Assembly: GCA_963725665.1 (NCBI GenBank)
Contig: CAVRZA010000006.1
Span: 192,001-256,000 of the forward strand
Source of the DNA: an uncultured Actinomycetes bacterium
GTDB lineage: Bacteria > Actinomycetota > Thermoleophilia > UBA2241
DNA: 64,000 nucleotides
Direction: 5' to 3'
Below the pieces are notes generated by a model. The model made no database searches. It saw only the letters and a list, made by a program, of their open reading frames with translations, and was not told where the DNA came from. Below are positions 50,201-59,715 of this stretch, in pieces (positions within the stretch are counted from its first letter, which is position 1; each line of letters starts with the position of its first letter). Position numbers and translations under genes: made by a program.

Positions 50201-50785
50201 CTACCCTTCGTCGGGCACGTCTACGAGCGGCGGCGGGGCAAGCTGCGGACCGCGGCGCCGCAGGTTCTCCAGGGTCCTGCTGCCCGCGTTGGGGCGCCCA
50301 CAGTGGCAGATCTCGAGCCGCACGAGGGCGAGCAGGATCTTGTCGCCGCTCGCCACCGCGAGACCCTCCAGCTGACGCCACGCCCCGCTCTGCCACAACA
50401 GGCGCCCAGCCGCCCTGATGTGTGGGCGCGGATCGGAGCCCGGGGCTCCGCGAAGGGCTGCATCGTAGCCGTCGGATGGTGGACCCGCCACGAGGGCCGC
50501 GGTCCACTTATCCAGCGGCCTGTGCGGCAACGCGGCGAGCAAGGACGCGCGCCGGGCCGTGAGTCGCGCGATCTCGGAGAGCACCTCAAGGTCCTTGCGT
50601 CTCGCCTCGCGCTGGGCCTGAGCCTCGGACGGCTCCGCGGCGCCTGCCTTGGCGGCTGGGTTCGTTGTGGGCGCAGCGCCGAGCGCGTGTCTCCTCAGCG
50701 TGTGACTGACCTTGGCTTGTGCCGCGTGTGCCGTGCGCGCGGCGCGGCGCAGAGCGGCTGGCCTTGTGTGGTTTGGCTTGCTCAT
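50201..50785 (-). CDS. Hypothetical protein in mobile-element debris
   Basis: ATG behind a purine-rich RBS; no recognisable family; the 3' part may be spurious. Confidence 0.25.
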   Translation of the reverse strand: MSKPNHTRPAALRRAARTAHAAQAKVSHTLRRHALGAAPTTNPAAKAGAAEPSEAQAQREARRKDLEVLSEIARLTARRASLLAALPHRPLDKWTAALVAGPPSDGYDAALRGAPGSDPRPHIRAAGRLLWQSGAWRQLEGLAVASGDKILLALVRLEICHCGRPNAGSRTLENLRRRGPQLAPPPLVDVPDEG

Positions 50786-50943
50786 TATCGGTTCTCTCTA
50801 TCGTAACTCTCCAGGCCGATCTGACCTGACCCCGTTCGTCGGTCCAGTTTCCCCGATAGAGCCGGAGTCCACTCGATGCCTGACTTGTCGCCCACCCGGA
50901 GAGGCTCCGGATCCTCAACGATGTCGTTGGGACCCCGTTCTTC

Positions 50944-51112
50944 GTGCTTCAGCGCATGTTGCTGTGGGACGTGCTGCCCCAACTGGCAAGACTCGTAGAC
51001 TCGCCCCAGACCGGCCGGAGGCAGAATCTCACTCTGCAGTCACTGCCCTCACTCATCTCGGATGCGCGTCTCCGCAAGGCCGTCGAGGACCACTCAGAAA
51101 CGGCCCCATGTA
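50944..51112 (+). pseudogene. AbiU2/HEPN-like fragment
   Basis: LWDVLPQLARLVDSPQTGRRQNLTLQSL resembles the RL.D..NLsL segment of AbiU2-type HEPN proteins; truncated. Confidence 0.35.
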
Positions 51113-51318
51113 GTTCTGGAGGGGACTCCCTGTGCAGTCGCGGGTTGCAGGGTGGCTGCACTGTGACAGGGAGAGGGGAGGATCCCCCCTTCCCTCCACG
51201 CTCACTGAGGCGTCCCGATAACTACTTCGTTACTGCCCCGGCGGGGCGGTACGGGAGATGCCGAAGCCGGCGGCGGCGCTGATGACGTGGCCGCCCTCCG
51301 GCGCTCGTAGGGAAGCAC

Positions 51319-51897
51319 TCAGGAGCCTCCGGGCCCCATCTCCAGCTCTGCCTCCTTCTCGATCTCCTTCTCGGGAACCTCCGCCTCAACGAACTCGGCC
51401 TCGACGATCATCTTCACGTCGTCGCCGACCAAGCTGCCCGCCTCAGTCACGACATCCCAGTCCAAGCCGAAGTCGTGGCGGTTGAGTCGACCTTCGGCAC
51501 TCAGCCCAAGCCTGGTCGCGCCGAACGGGTCGACGACGGGACCCCGTATTTCGGCCTCCAGAGAGACCTCTCGCGTAAGGCCGCGGATGGTGAGGTCGCC
51601 GGTGACGCGGTAACGGTCGGAGGTCCGCCGCTCCACGGACTTCATCGCAAAGGTCATCGTGGGGAAGCGCTCCACGTCGAAGAAGTCGGCGGAGCGCAGA
51701 TGCGCATCGCGACGCGCCTCACGGGTGTCGAGGCTTGCCACGTCTACGGCGACCGTGCCACGCGACTTTGTCATGTCCTCTTGGTCTATGTCCGACTCGA
51801 CGGCGAACGCGGAGAAGGTTCCCTTGATGGTCGAGACGACCATGTGTCGCACCGCGAACTCGAGGCTGCTGTGAGCCGGGTCAATATCCCACGCCAT
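51319..51897 (-). CDS. YceI family protein
   Basis: WDIDPAHSSLEFAVRHM, RDAHLRSADFFD and GDLTIRGLTREV. Confidence 0.93.
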   Translation of the reverse strand: MAWDIDPAHSSLEFAVRHMVVSTIKGTFSAFAVESDIDQEDMTKSRGTVAVDVASLDTREARRDAHLRSADFFDVERFPTMTFAMKSVERRTSDRYRVTGDLTIRGLTREVSLEAEIRGPVVDPFGATRLGLSAEGRLNRHDFGLDWDVVTEAGSLVGDDVKMIVEAEFVEAEVPEKEIEKEAELEMGPGGS

Positions 51898-52281
51898 CGT
51901 GCCCCCTTCCTGTTTGTCGCGCCCTGAAGAGTACGGCCACTTTCGGAGAGGTTCTACCCTCCATGGCTGCGGTCGAAGCTACTGGGACGACGGGTCTTCG
52001 GGGGCCAGCAGCGCCGTGCCGGCATCCCAGGCCGGTACATCACGGCGGATCAGTGTGACCGAAGATCGTGCTGCAGGAGCCGACGTCGCCGATGCGCCTC
52101 CTGACAAGGGAGCGCGCATCAACAGGGAGATGAATGCGAGCCGTGCGACAACCCGTTCGCAAACAGACTGAGCGCGCGTTGGAGGACTTCGGTGGACGAC
52201 AGTGGGACATGCTTCTCAAAGAAGCCCTGTAAATGTCGGCTTCAGTGGTCCTCAATGGACCTGTGGCGGGCGTAGTAGTCA

Positions 52282-52328
52282 GCCTTGCACGGCGGAGGTC
52301 AGGGGTTCGACTCCCCTGCGGTCCACCA
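52282..52328 (+). mobile_element. att-site relic: 3' half of tRNA-Ala(TGC)
   Basis: GCCTTGCACGGCGGAGGTCAGGGGTTCGACTCCCCTGCGGTCCACCA has an anticodon loop, T-arm, U70 and CCA; no 5' half upstream. Confidence 0.78.
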
Positions 52329-52576
52329 ACCCACCCCGACGCTCGTGCGATTCTCCGTTGCCTTCCCGCGCTCTCTGACTTCTGAGACGGCCCAGAATAC
52401 CCCTCTATTTCTCAGAGCGCCTCGGAGATACCTTCCGTGGGTCACGGAAGGCCTCTCCGAAGTGAGGCGTAGGTGGATGTCAGCCCAGCGAGAGCGACAG
52501 CAAATGGCTCCGGTGTAGCGTTTGCTGCCTGGTCCGCAACGTTTGCTGATCGCATGATCGGAGAACACTGAACTCT

Positions 52577-52915
52577 ATGGTTCAGTATCCGCCCCAACTG
52601 GATAGCACCTTCGCGGCCCTCTCGGACCCGACTCGTCGTGGCATCCTCGAGCGCCTCGGGCGTGGAGACGCTTCGATCAGCGAGCTTGCCGCGACCTTCG
52701 GGATGACCCTCACGGGCGTCAAGAAACACGTACGCGTCCTTGAGGGAGCGGGGCTGGTGACCACGGAGAAGGTCGGCCGGGTGCGGTACTGCAGGCTGGG
52801 CCCGCGCCGGCTGGACGATGAGGCAACCTGGATAGCCGCCTACCGGCAGATGCTGGAAGCGAAGCTCGACCGGCTCGCCGACTTCCTCGAGCGGCAGAAA
52901 GGATCGCTGTCATGA
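52577..52915 (+). CDS. ArsR/SmtB-family transcriptional regulator (SRPBCC-associated)
   Basis: FAALSDPTRRGIL..KHVRVLEGAGLV..GRVRYC. Confidence 0.92.
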   Translation: MVQYPPQLDSTFAALSDPTRRGILERLGRGDASISELAATFGMTLTGVKKHVRVLEGAGLVTTEKVGRVRYCRLGPRRLDDEATWIAAYRQMLEAKLDRLADFLERQKGSLS

Positions 52916-53415
52916 GCACACCTCTAAGAGAGCCGGAGCCGGAACCGATGGGCCTGGCGACGGTGAGCACCCCGGCGGATCGTGAGATCCGCATCGAGCG
53001 CATCTTCAACGCCCCTCGCGAGCGCGTGTGGCGCGCCTTCACCGACCCCGAGCTGCTGGCGCAGTGGTGGGGCCGCGGCAACAGGCTAGACATCGAGCGC
53101 AATGAGGTCGAGCGCGGTGGCCACTGGCGCTTCGTCGAGCACGGCCCCGAGGGCGTGTCCGGCTTCGAGGGACGCTACCGCGAGGTGACGCCGCCGGAGC
53201 GTATCGTGCAGACCTTCGAGTGGGACGGCATGCCAGGCTACGTCGCGATCAACAGCGCGACCTTCGAGGATCTCGGCGACGGCCGCACGAGGGTCGTCAC
53301 GACGTCGCTGTTCCACACGATCGAGGAGCGCGACGGCATGCTGAGCTCAGGCATGGAGCAGGGCCTCAACCAGAGCTACGCGGCCCTCGACCGACTCCTC
53401 CCAGAGCTGGCATGA
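52912..53415 (+). CDS. SRPBCC/AHSA1-like protein
   Basis: RIFNAPRERVWRAFTDPELLAQWWG..FEGRYREV..SGMEQG; ATGA overlap with the regulator. Confidence 0.92.
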   Translation: MSTPLREPEPEPMGLATVSTPADREIRIERIFNAPRERVWRAFTDPELLAQWWGRGNRLDIERNEVERGGHWRFVEHGPEGVSGFEGRYREVTPPERIVQTFEWDGMPGYVAINSATFEDLGDGRTRVVTTSLFHTIEERDGMLSSGMEQGLNQSYAALDRLLPELA

Positions 53416-53809
53416 GGGAACGAACGTACGGCACCGAGGGGCTCCGACTGGAGCCCCTCGGCTTTGAGGCTGCTTGTGCGGCTTGCCATCGGAGACAGCC
53501 TGGAGTACGGGAAGCATCAGCCGGCGGTGCTGGTCGCGGGGCTGGTGTTCGCCAAGTCGTAGTCCGCATGCGTGAGCGCAGCCGCCTGTTGACCAGGGCA
53601 AGCCGAGCGCCGCAGGTGGGCTTCAGTATTCGGCCGGTCGCGGCGACGAGAACGCGGCGGTGAGCGTCTGCTTCACCTTGTGGCTGCCGCACTTTTGGCA
53701 GACCATCCGTGAGAAGGCTGCATGGCGACGACCAACGGTGGCGCACGAGTGCCGTAGTCGTCGGCGCTGCTATCGTACCGTCGTCGAGCAAGAAGGGAGG
53801 AGCTACGCG

Positions 53810-54454
53810 ATGATCGACGTGGTGGTCTGGTCCGACATCGTCTGACCGTGGTGCTTTGTCGGCGTGGAGCGCTGGCGAGCAGCACTGGGACGGCTCGGCG
53901 CGGACTCCGAGGTGTTCATATGGAGATACGGCGCGTTCGAGCTCGACCCGAACGTGCCGCCCGAAGGCATGGATCGCGACGCCTACATGGAGGGCAGGTA
54001 TGACCCGGCCACGGTGAAGGCGATGGGAGAGAGGCTGGCGCAGATCGCCCGCCGGGAGGGTCTGGAGATGGCGGACCCGGCGACGCTGGTGGTCCGCCCC
54101 AACACATTCGCTGCGCACCGGCTGATGACGGCCGCCCTGGGCGCCGGCGTGGGCGTGCAGCAGGCACTCGGCGATGCGCTCTTCGCGGCCTATTGGGGCC
54201 GCAGCGAGGACATCGGCGACCGCGGTGTCCTCGCGGCGGCCGCACGGGCGGCGGGGATGGACGCCGGCGTGTCCGTCGAAGTGCTCGCCGGCGACGCGTT
54301 CGCGACCGACGTGCGCGCCCAGGAGCGCGAGGCCGCGCGGCTGGGCATCCACGCCGTACCGACCTTCGTCTTCGACGGCCGTTCCGGCGTCAGCGGCGCC
54401 CAGGACCCGGCGGTGCTGGCCCAGGTGGCGCGACGGGCGCTGAACGGCGGCTGA
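53810..54454 (+). CDS. DsbA/FrnE-family oxidoreductase, probable selenoprotein (UPWC)
   Basis: GGGAGG RBS, then MIDVVVWSDIV-TGA-PWCFVG in frame with FELDP, NTFAAHRL, GIHAVPTFVF and SGAQ. Confidence 0.85.
53846..53893 (+). promoter_or_regulatory. Bacterial SECIS-like hairpin
   Basis: GTGCT/AGCAC and TTGTCGGCG/CGCTGGCGA stems; loop TGGAG starts about 20 nt after the UGA and has G at position 2. Confidence 0.65.
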
Positions 54455-54534
54455 CCGGCCAGGCGCGAATCTCGAGGGGGTGTGACGGAGCAACAACCGG
54501 ATGCGACCGCTGGCGTAAGCTGGGAACCAGCCAC

Positions 54535-54682
54535 CTGCATCACCCTCGAGGCTGCGCGCCCAATAGCCGCCCGCCGAGCCGGCCATGCCCTGCAGCATCG
54601 CAACACCCCTCTCAGCGATCATCACGAGCGCCTCGTCCGCCCGGTCCGGCTTGATCTTGACCCGTCCGATGACTGCGTGCAT
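54535..54682 (-). pseudogene. Truncated dimeric alpha-beta barrel (ABM-like) protein
   Basis: AAGGAG RBS, MHAVIGRVKIKPDRADEALVMIAERGVAMLQGMAGSAGGYWAR, then coding character is lost. Confidence 0.4.
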
Positions 54683-54852
54683 CGGTCTCCTTCCGGCTAC
54701 TCACGTTTCGTGAATGCTCATCCTCTAGACGCTATGGCGGTTCTTTGACCGCCGAGCTTGCTGACGAAGGCCGGACCCTGTTCGCATATCTCGGGGGTTT
54801 GTCTGGCCGGAGACGAGCTCCGGCTGACCCCATACGAAGGGAGGGTCCGACC

Positions 54853-55935
54853 ATGACCACGTTGACATGGGTTGGGTTGGATGTCCACGCCCGCTCCGTC
54901 GAAGCCGCTGCTCTGGACGCCCTGACGGGCGAGATCAGGCGAGCTCGCTTTGGTGGCAGTGCGGAGCCGGTCGTTGAGTGGCTTGCCAGGCTGCCCGCTC
55001 CGGTGCACGCTTGCTACGAGGCGGGACCGACGGGCTACGGCCTCTACCGAGCCGCTCAGCGGGCCGGTATTGAGGTCGATGTCGTCGCCCCCAGCAAGAC
55101 GCCCCGGGCCAGTGGCGACCGCGTCAAGAGCGACCGCAAGGACGCCCAGCTGCTCGTGCGCCTGCTCTCTGCCGGCGCGCTCACCGTTGTCAGCGTGCCG
55201 CCGCCCACCTTGGAGGCCGCCCGCGACCTGGCGCGGGCTCGCGAGCAGCTGCGAGGCGACCTCATGCGCGCCCGCCACCGCGTCTCCAAGCTGCTTCTGC
55301 GTCACGGCCGCCTCTATGAGCGCCAGAGCAGCACCTGGACGCAGGCGCACCATCGCTGGCTTGCCGCCCAGCGCTTCGATGAGCCGGCGACCGAGCTCGC
55401 CTACCTCGACTCCCTGGCCGCCGTGGACGGCCTTATCGCGCGCAAGGCGGCCCTCGAGGAGCGCCTCTCGCAGCTGGCCGTGGCGCCCGAGATCTGGCCC
55501 ACGGTGGCCCGCCTGCGCGCCTTCCGCGGCATCGACACCCTCTCGGCCCTGGTGCTGCACCTGGAGGTGTGCGACTGGGGGCGCTTCGCGCGCGCCCCGC
55601 AGCTGGCCGCCTGGCTGGGCCTGGTGCCCTCGCTGTGCCAATCGGGCGAGAGCGCCACACAGGGGGCGATCACCAAGACCGGCTCGCGCTACGCCCGCCG
55701 CATCCTGGTCGAGGCCGCCTGGCACTACGCCCGCCCACCGCGCATCGGCGCCACCCTGACCAATCGCCAGCAGGGCCAGCCCGACCACGTGCTGCAGATC
55801 GCCTGGCGGGCCCAGCTCCGCCTGTGGCACCTGCAGCGGCGCCTTGCGCAGCGCGGCAAACCGGCCAACGTGGTGACGGTCGCCCTGGCACGCGAGCTGG
55901 CCTGCTTCTTGTGGGCGGCAGCCGTGGCCCCCTAA
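54853..55935 (+). CDS. IS110-family transposase/recombinase
   Basis: VGLDVH, CYEAGPTG, RVKSDRKDA (DEDD), GLVPS..SG, ITKTGS..RRILVEAAW and VALARELA. Confidence 0.95.
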   Translation: MTTLTWVGLDVHARSVEAAALDALTGEIRRARFGGSAEPVVEWLARLPAPVHACYEAGPTGYGLYRAAQRAGIEVDVVAPSKTPRASGDRVKSDRKDAQLLVRLLSAGALTVVSVPPPTLEAARDLARAREQLRGDLMRARHRVSKLLLRHGRLYERQSSTWTQAHHRWLAAQRFDEPATELAYLDSLAAVDGLIARKAALEERLSQLAVAPEIWPTVARLRAFRGIDTLSALVLHLEVCDWGRFARAPQLAAWLGLVPSLCQSGESATQGAITKTGSRYARRILVEAAWHYARPPRIGATLTNRQQGQPDHVLQIAWRAQLRLWHLQRRLAQRGKPANVVTVALARELACFLWAAAVAP

Positions 55936-56183
55936 GGGCGGCTGATCGACCCCCCGTTCGGAGGGCAGGCGTCGGGCCGGCAGTCTGCCGGCATGCGCGA
56001 CCGTACTATGGGCAGCCGCAAGGCAGCACCCGTTCCTAGAGAAGCGCCAAGCCGGTGACGAAGTAGCGCACCGGGGTAGCCAACCCCCGCATATCAGATT
56101 GACCGACCGTCGTATCCGCGCCCGGCGCCTGCCATCCGAACTCCTCGCTACCCGCGTCGAACGGGAGGTTCAGCCCTGCCTGC
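55936..56183 (+). ncRNA. Candidate bridge/seek RNA in the IS110 right non-coding end
   Basis: About 250 nt non-coding with several hairpins and a GGTAGCCAACCCCCGCATATCAG..ACCGTCG segment of the kind I recall downstream of related IS110 transposases. Confidence 0.5.
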
Positions 56184-56284
56184 TTGACAGGATGAGCGCC
56201 ATATCAGTACGACGTCGCTGTCGGGCGCCACAGCTCGACGCCGCCTCCCAGCAAGAGAGAGCTCGCGCTGCCGCTGAAGGCAGG

Positions 56285-56635
56285 CTAGGGCTCGGCGAGC
56301 GGCTTGCTGAGAACCCAGAACTCCTTGAAGTCGGGCGTTAGGTGCCAGGTCGTCGTCGCTCCCTCGGGCAGCGACGCCATGGCGCCCGGCTTCAGCTCCA
56401 GCGTCGGGCCGCCCTCGATCTCGATGCGGGCCCGCCCTTCGAGGACCAGAATGGCCTCGCGGGCCGGCAGCGTCCAGCGCACGGGGTCAGGCGTCAAGCC
56501 GGCAAGCGGTCGCCATAGCCCGGCCTGGAACTCGGTATCGGCGCACAGGACATGCACCTCACCGGGTGGGTCCGAATCCCGCTCCCAGGTCTCCGTCAGG
56601 GTGCTCGACGAGTAGACTCCGGGTCCGACTTCCAT
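56285..56635 (-). CDS. Cupin domain protein (DUF861/EutQ-like)
   Basis: AGLW..EAILVLEGRARIEIEGG..LKPG..LPEG..W..FKEFWV; GGAGGGG RBS before ATG 56635. Confidence 0.85.
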   Translation of the reverse strand: MEVGPGVYSSSTLTETWERDSDPPGEVHVLCADTEFQAGLWRPLAGLTPDPVRWTLPAREAILVLEGRARIEIEGGPTLELKPGAMASLPEGATTTWHLTPDFKEFWVLSKPLAEP

Positions 56636-57110
56636 GCTGCTCCCCTCCGTTAACAACGACGCCACCACGCAGCACCAACGCGGCGCTCCTCGCCTGCTGA
56701 CATTGCCGTACCTGCGGCCCTTCCCGTTGTGAGAGAGCCGCGAACCGTTGTGTTGGATGCAGATGTCGCTGTCGCGCGCGCCTGTGGTCCAATCGATTCG
56801 CGCGAAGGCGAGCGTGCCGGCGACGGTGGGCCGCCCACGACGGTCAGCATCTCGAGGTCGGTCTGCTTGATGAGCCTCATGACGTCGCGGAGAATCCTCA
56901 AAGGCGGAGGCCGTCGACACGGAGGAAAATGCTCGAGCAGCGGAGGCGACCTTCAACCAGCTCCGCAACATGCCCGATGCGCCAGCGACGTTCGTCAGCG
57001 TCGATGTTTGTGAGGTTGTCGGGCACGCTTAGGACTGCCGTCGGAAGCGCGCTCATCTCGCCGGCTCGTTCACTGTGACCAGGGGTGGGAAGGCATGATC
57101 TGCCGTCCCG

Positions 57111-57226
57111 TGTCGGCACGAATGTCGGCATTCCGGGCTTGAAGGCGAGAGGCAGCCGCCAGCCGAAAGCGCCAGGTGCAGGAGGAAAGGCTTGGAGGCG
57201 GCGACCGGAGTCGAACCGGTGATGGA
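57111..57226 (-). mobile_element. att-site relic 2: tRNA-Cys 3' end plus arm-like repeats
   Basis: 42 bp (57185-57226) identical to 50024-50065, with similar flanking sequence. Confidence 0.8.
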
Positions 57227-57687
57227 CGAGCTCTTCTCGCATCCCCTCGATGCGCTGCGCTACCTGCTCCTAAACCTGCCGGGGCCGGGCACCTCCCCCT
57301 ACACGGTGCCGGAGCCCTCGCCCGGTCCTTTGTCGGGGCTGTACGGGCGCGAGTGGTGAACGCCGCGAGCTCGCCACCTTTGCCTGCGCTGCTCCCCCCG
57401 GGGCTCATGCCGCCTAATTCCTGTGGTGGAGGACTCTCAAGGACGTGACTCCAATTCCGGAGGTCGCCAGACCTCGCCGCCCCCTCAGCTCACTGCAGGA
57501 GAGGCTGCATGGTGACCGAGATATCCCGCGCGAGCGCCAGGCCGGCCGCAGCGACGCCTCCCCTCTCAGACCCATGGCTCGCGCGACGAGCCGACCTCAT
57601 CGCTTTCATCCAGCGGGACAATCGCGAGGGACGTCCACGAGTTGGGCCTGCTCGGGCCGGGCCGGTCTCGCCCACAGAGTGCCGCTG

Positions 57688-58041
57688 TTATGCGGGCTCA
57701 ACGGCATCCTTCGAGATCTCGATGACGACCTCTTTCGGCAGAGCGAGTCCTGCGGCGACCTGCATGGCCTTGAAGACGCCCACGGGGACGGCGCAGCCCG
57801 AGCAGCAGCCATGAAGATGCTCGCGCACGATGGGCATGAGGGCGCCCTCGGTGCGCGGGTCGATCTCATCGTAGGCGTCGAATGCGCCGTGCTCGCGGAT
57901 CGCGTCCGCTAGGCCGGCGATCGTCTCGCAGTCCGAATCCAGGGCCAGATCCACCCGGCGACCGCGTTCGGATGTGGCTGCCACCGAGGTGGTGAAGCCG
58001 CAGATGCCGGCCTCGATATGAGCATGCGCACGCGTCTCCAT
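57688..58041 (-). CDS. DUF6951-like small Cys-containing protein
   Basis: IEAGICGFTT..SDCE..HGCCSGCAVPVGVFKAMQVAAGLALP. Confidence 0.7.
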   Translation of the reverse strand: METRAHAHIEAGICGFTTSVAATSERGRRVDLALDSDCETIAGLADAIREHGAFDAYDEIDPRTEGALMPIVREHLHGCCSGCAVPVGVFKAMQVAAGLALPKEVVIEISKDAVEPA

Positions 58042-58130
58042 CACGACCCTCCGGGGATCAGTTCGGTCTAGTTCAAGGGGCACCGCACGTGACTCACTGT
58101 CTTGCCCGCGCCACGATACCCCGTCCGCAG

Positions 58131-58937
58131 TCAGTCTTCGCAGGCTTCAGCCACGCCGAGGCCAGCGCAGATGGCGAAGAAGGCGTCCTTCAGGTCGGCG
58201 CGCTCGCCCGCGAACACCGGCACGCAACCGCGCGGGTCGGCGTCGCCGCGCCACACCGACCAGGCGAAGGCCATGCAGGCCGCCTCGCCGCACTGACCGC
58301 AGTTGGTGCCCGGCAGGCGCTTGTAGATCTCGAGCGCCGGCGGCCGGCGACGCAGTTCGAACGAGGGCGTGATCTCTCCGCGGCGCGCCCACACGTCGTT
58401 GGCGAGACAGCGCACGCGCTCGAGGCTCGCCCAGGCGTCCACGATGTCGTCTGCCTTGGCGATCCCGATGCGGTCGCGAAAGAGCGACACCATGCGGTGA
58501 CCATCCATGAAGGTGAACACCGGCATGGTGGCCACATACGAGCCATGCCCGACGTCCGCGTTCAGGTACGGCAGGACCTCGGCGACATCACCGGAGAAGT
58601 GCGCGATCAGGCGCAGGCGAGCGGAATCGGCGATGCATGTCGCCAGCACGACGATCGCGACGCGGCCGACGATGTCCTCAGCAAACGCTCGTGGCGCCGT
58701 CTCGGGGACGCCGTCCGCGGCCGGCCGGTAGTCGACCCAGCCGGCGTTCACGATATCGACGCCGCCGCTTTCCATGAACGCTGCCCTGGCCTCGGCGGTG
58801 AGCAGCAGGGCCGGAGAAGCCACGGCTGCATAGGCTGGATCGGGAGAGACCACCGAGTGCGTCGCTCCGAGCCGCGCGAGCAGCGCTACCGCGCGTTCGA
58901 ACTCGTTGCGGTCACCGAACGTGGTCAGCGTGTCCAT
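58131..58937 (-). CDS. Fe-S binding protein with DUF3343-like N-terminus
   Basis: C-terminal EIYKRLPGTNCGQCGEAACMAFA..C [4Fe-4S] motif (CdhE/AcsC-type); central VLPYLNA domain. Confidence 0.8.
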   Translation of the reverse strand: MDTLTTFGDRNEFERAVALLARLGATHSVVSPDPAYAAVASPALLLTAEARAAFMESGGVDIVNAGWVDYRPAADGVPETAPRAFAEDIVGRVAIVVLATCIADSARLRLIAHFSGDVAEVLPYLNADVGHGSYVATMPVFTFMDGHRMVSLFRDRIGIAKADDIVDAWASLERVRCLANDVWARRGEITPSFELRRRPPALEIYKRLPGTNCGQCGEAACMAFAWSVWRGDADPRGCVPVFAGERADLKDAFFAICAGLGVAEACED

Positions 58938-58955
58938 GTCACCTCTCGCCCCACG

Positions 58956-59696
58956 TCAAGATGCTGGTGGACCGGCGAAGCTCGTGATCAGTGACGTCGC
59001 CGCCATCTCGACGAGTAGCCGCTCGTAGTCGTACGGCACGCGCACGAACTCGACGAAGCCATCGGCCCCGTGCAGCCGTGACGGGTGGATGATCGCGTAG
59101 CACACCCGCCAGTCGCCGTCCTTGGGACGCCCTGCGCTACCGACGTTCACGAAGGTGGTCTCGCCCACCCGGCGGGCATACGGCACGTGCGTGTGCCCGA
59201 ACAGGATGGCCGGGTACGGGTATGCACGCGCCATGCGCTCCATCGCGGAGGCCGGGCGGTTCTCGAAGAGGTACTCGTTGATGCGGCGCGGACTCCCATG
59301 AACGGCGAGGATGTCGCCGCCGGGGGTCTGCAGAACGAAATGATCCTCAAGCGTGCGGAGGAACGCCTTGACCTCGTCGCTGACGGCGCTCTGTGTCCAC
59401 GCCAGGGAGGCCGCTCCCTCGGCGCGCTGCTCGTCGGTCTTGTACACGCAGCCGCAGTCGCCGGTCTCGAAGCCGATGCCCTGGTCGTAGTTGCCCATGA
59501 GCGACGGGATGCCCGAGTCGCGAACCAGCAGGGCGACCTCGTTGGGCGAGGGTCCGTAGCCGACGAGGTCGCCCAGGCACAGCGTCTGCGCGACGCCGCG
59601 GCCCTCGATATCGGCAAGGATGGCCTCGAGCGCCGGCAGATTGCCGTGGACGTCAGAGAACACGGCGAACGGCTGCTCGATCTGGATGGTCTTCAC
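58956..59696 (-). CDS. Metallophosphoesterase (YfcE-like, ars-associated)
   Basis: SDVHGN, LGDLVGYGP, GNYD, HGSP, GHTH and NVGSAG, with an extra CGC. Confidence 0.9.
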   Translation of the reverse strand: MKTIQIEQPFAVFSDVHGNLPALEAILADIEGRGVAQTLCLGDLVGYGPSPNEVALLVRDSGIPSLMGNYDQGIGFETGDCGCVYKTDEQRAEGAASLAWTQSAVSDEVKAFLRTLEDHFVLQTPGGDILAVHGSPRRINEYLFENRPASAMERMARAYPYPAILFGHTHVPYARRVGETTFVNVGSAGRPKDGDWRVCYAIIHPSRLHGADGFVEFVRVPYDYERLLVEMAATSLITSFAGPPAS

Positions 59697-59715
59697 GTGG
59701 CCTGCCTCTCAGTGG

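Larger units (their letters stand above)
54726..56207 (+). mobile_element. IS110-family insertion sequence (ends approximate)
   Basis: Subterminal inverted repeat TATGGCG (54733-54739) / CGCCATA (56197-56203); TTGACA at 56184 near the right end; long 3' non-coding end. Confidence 0.8.

Noticed and set aside
56700-57060. Possible transposase remnant (RILRDVMRLIKQTD...)
   Set aside because: The similarity is too vague to assign without a search
50032-57226. Functional tRNA genes at 50032-50075, 52282-52328 and 57193-57226
   Set aside because: Only the 3' halves are present, with no D-arm or 5' acceptor strand; treated as att relics
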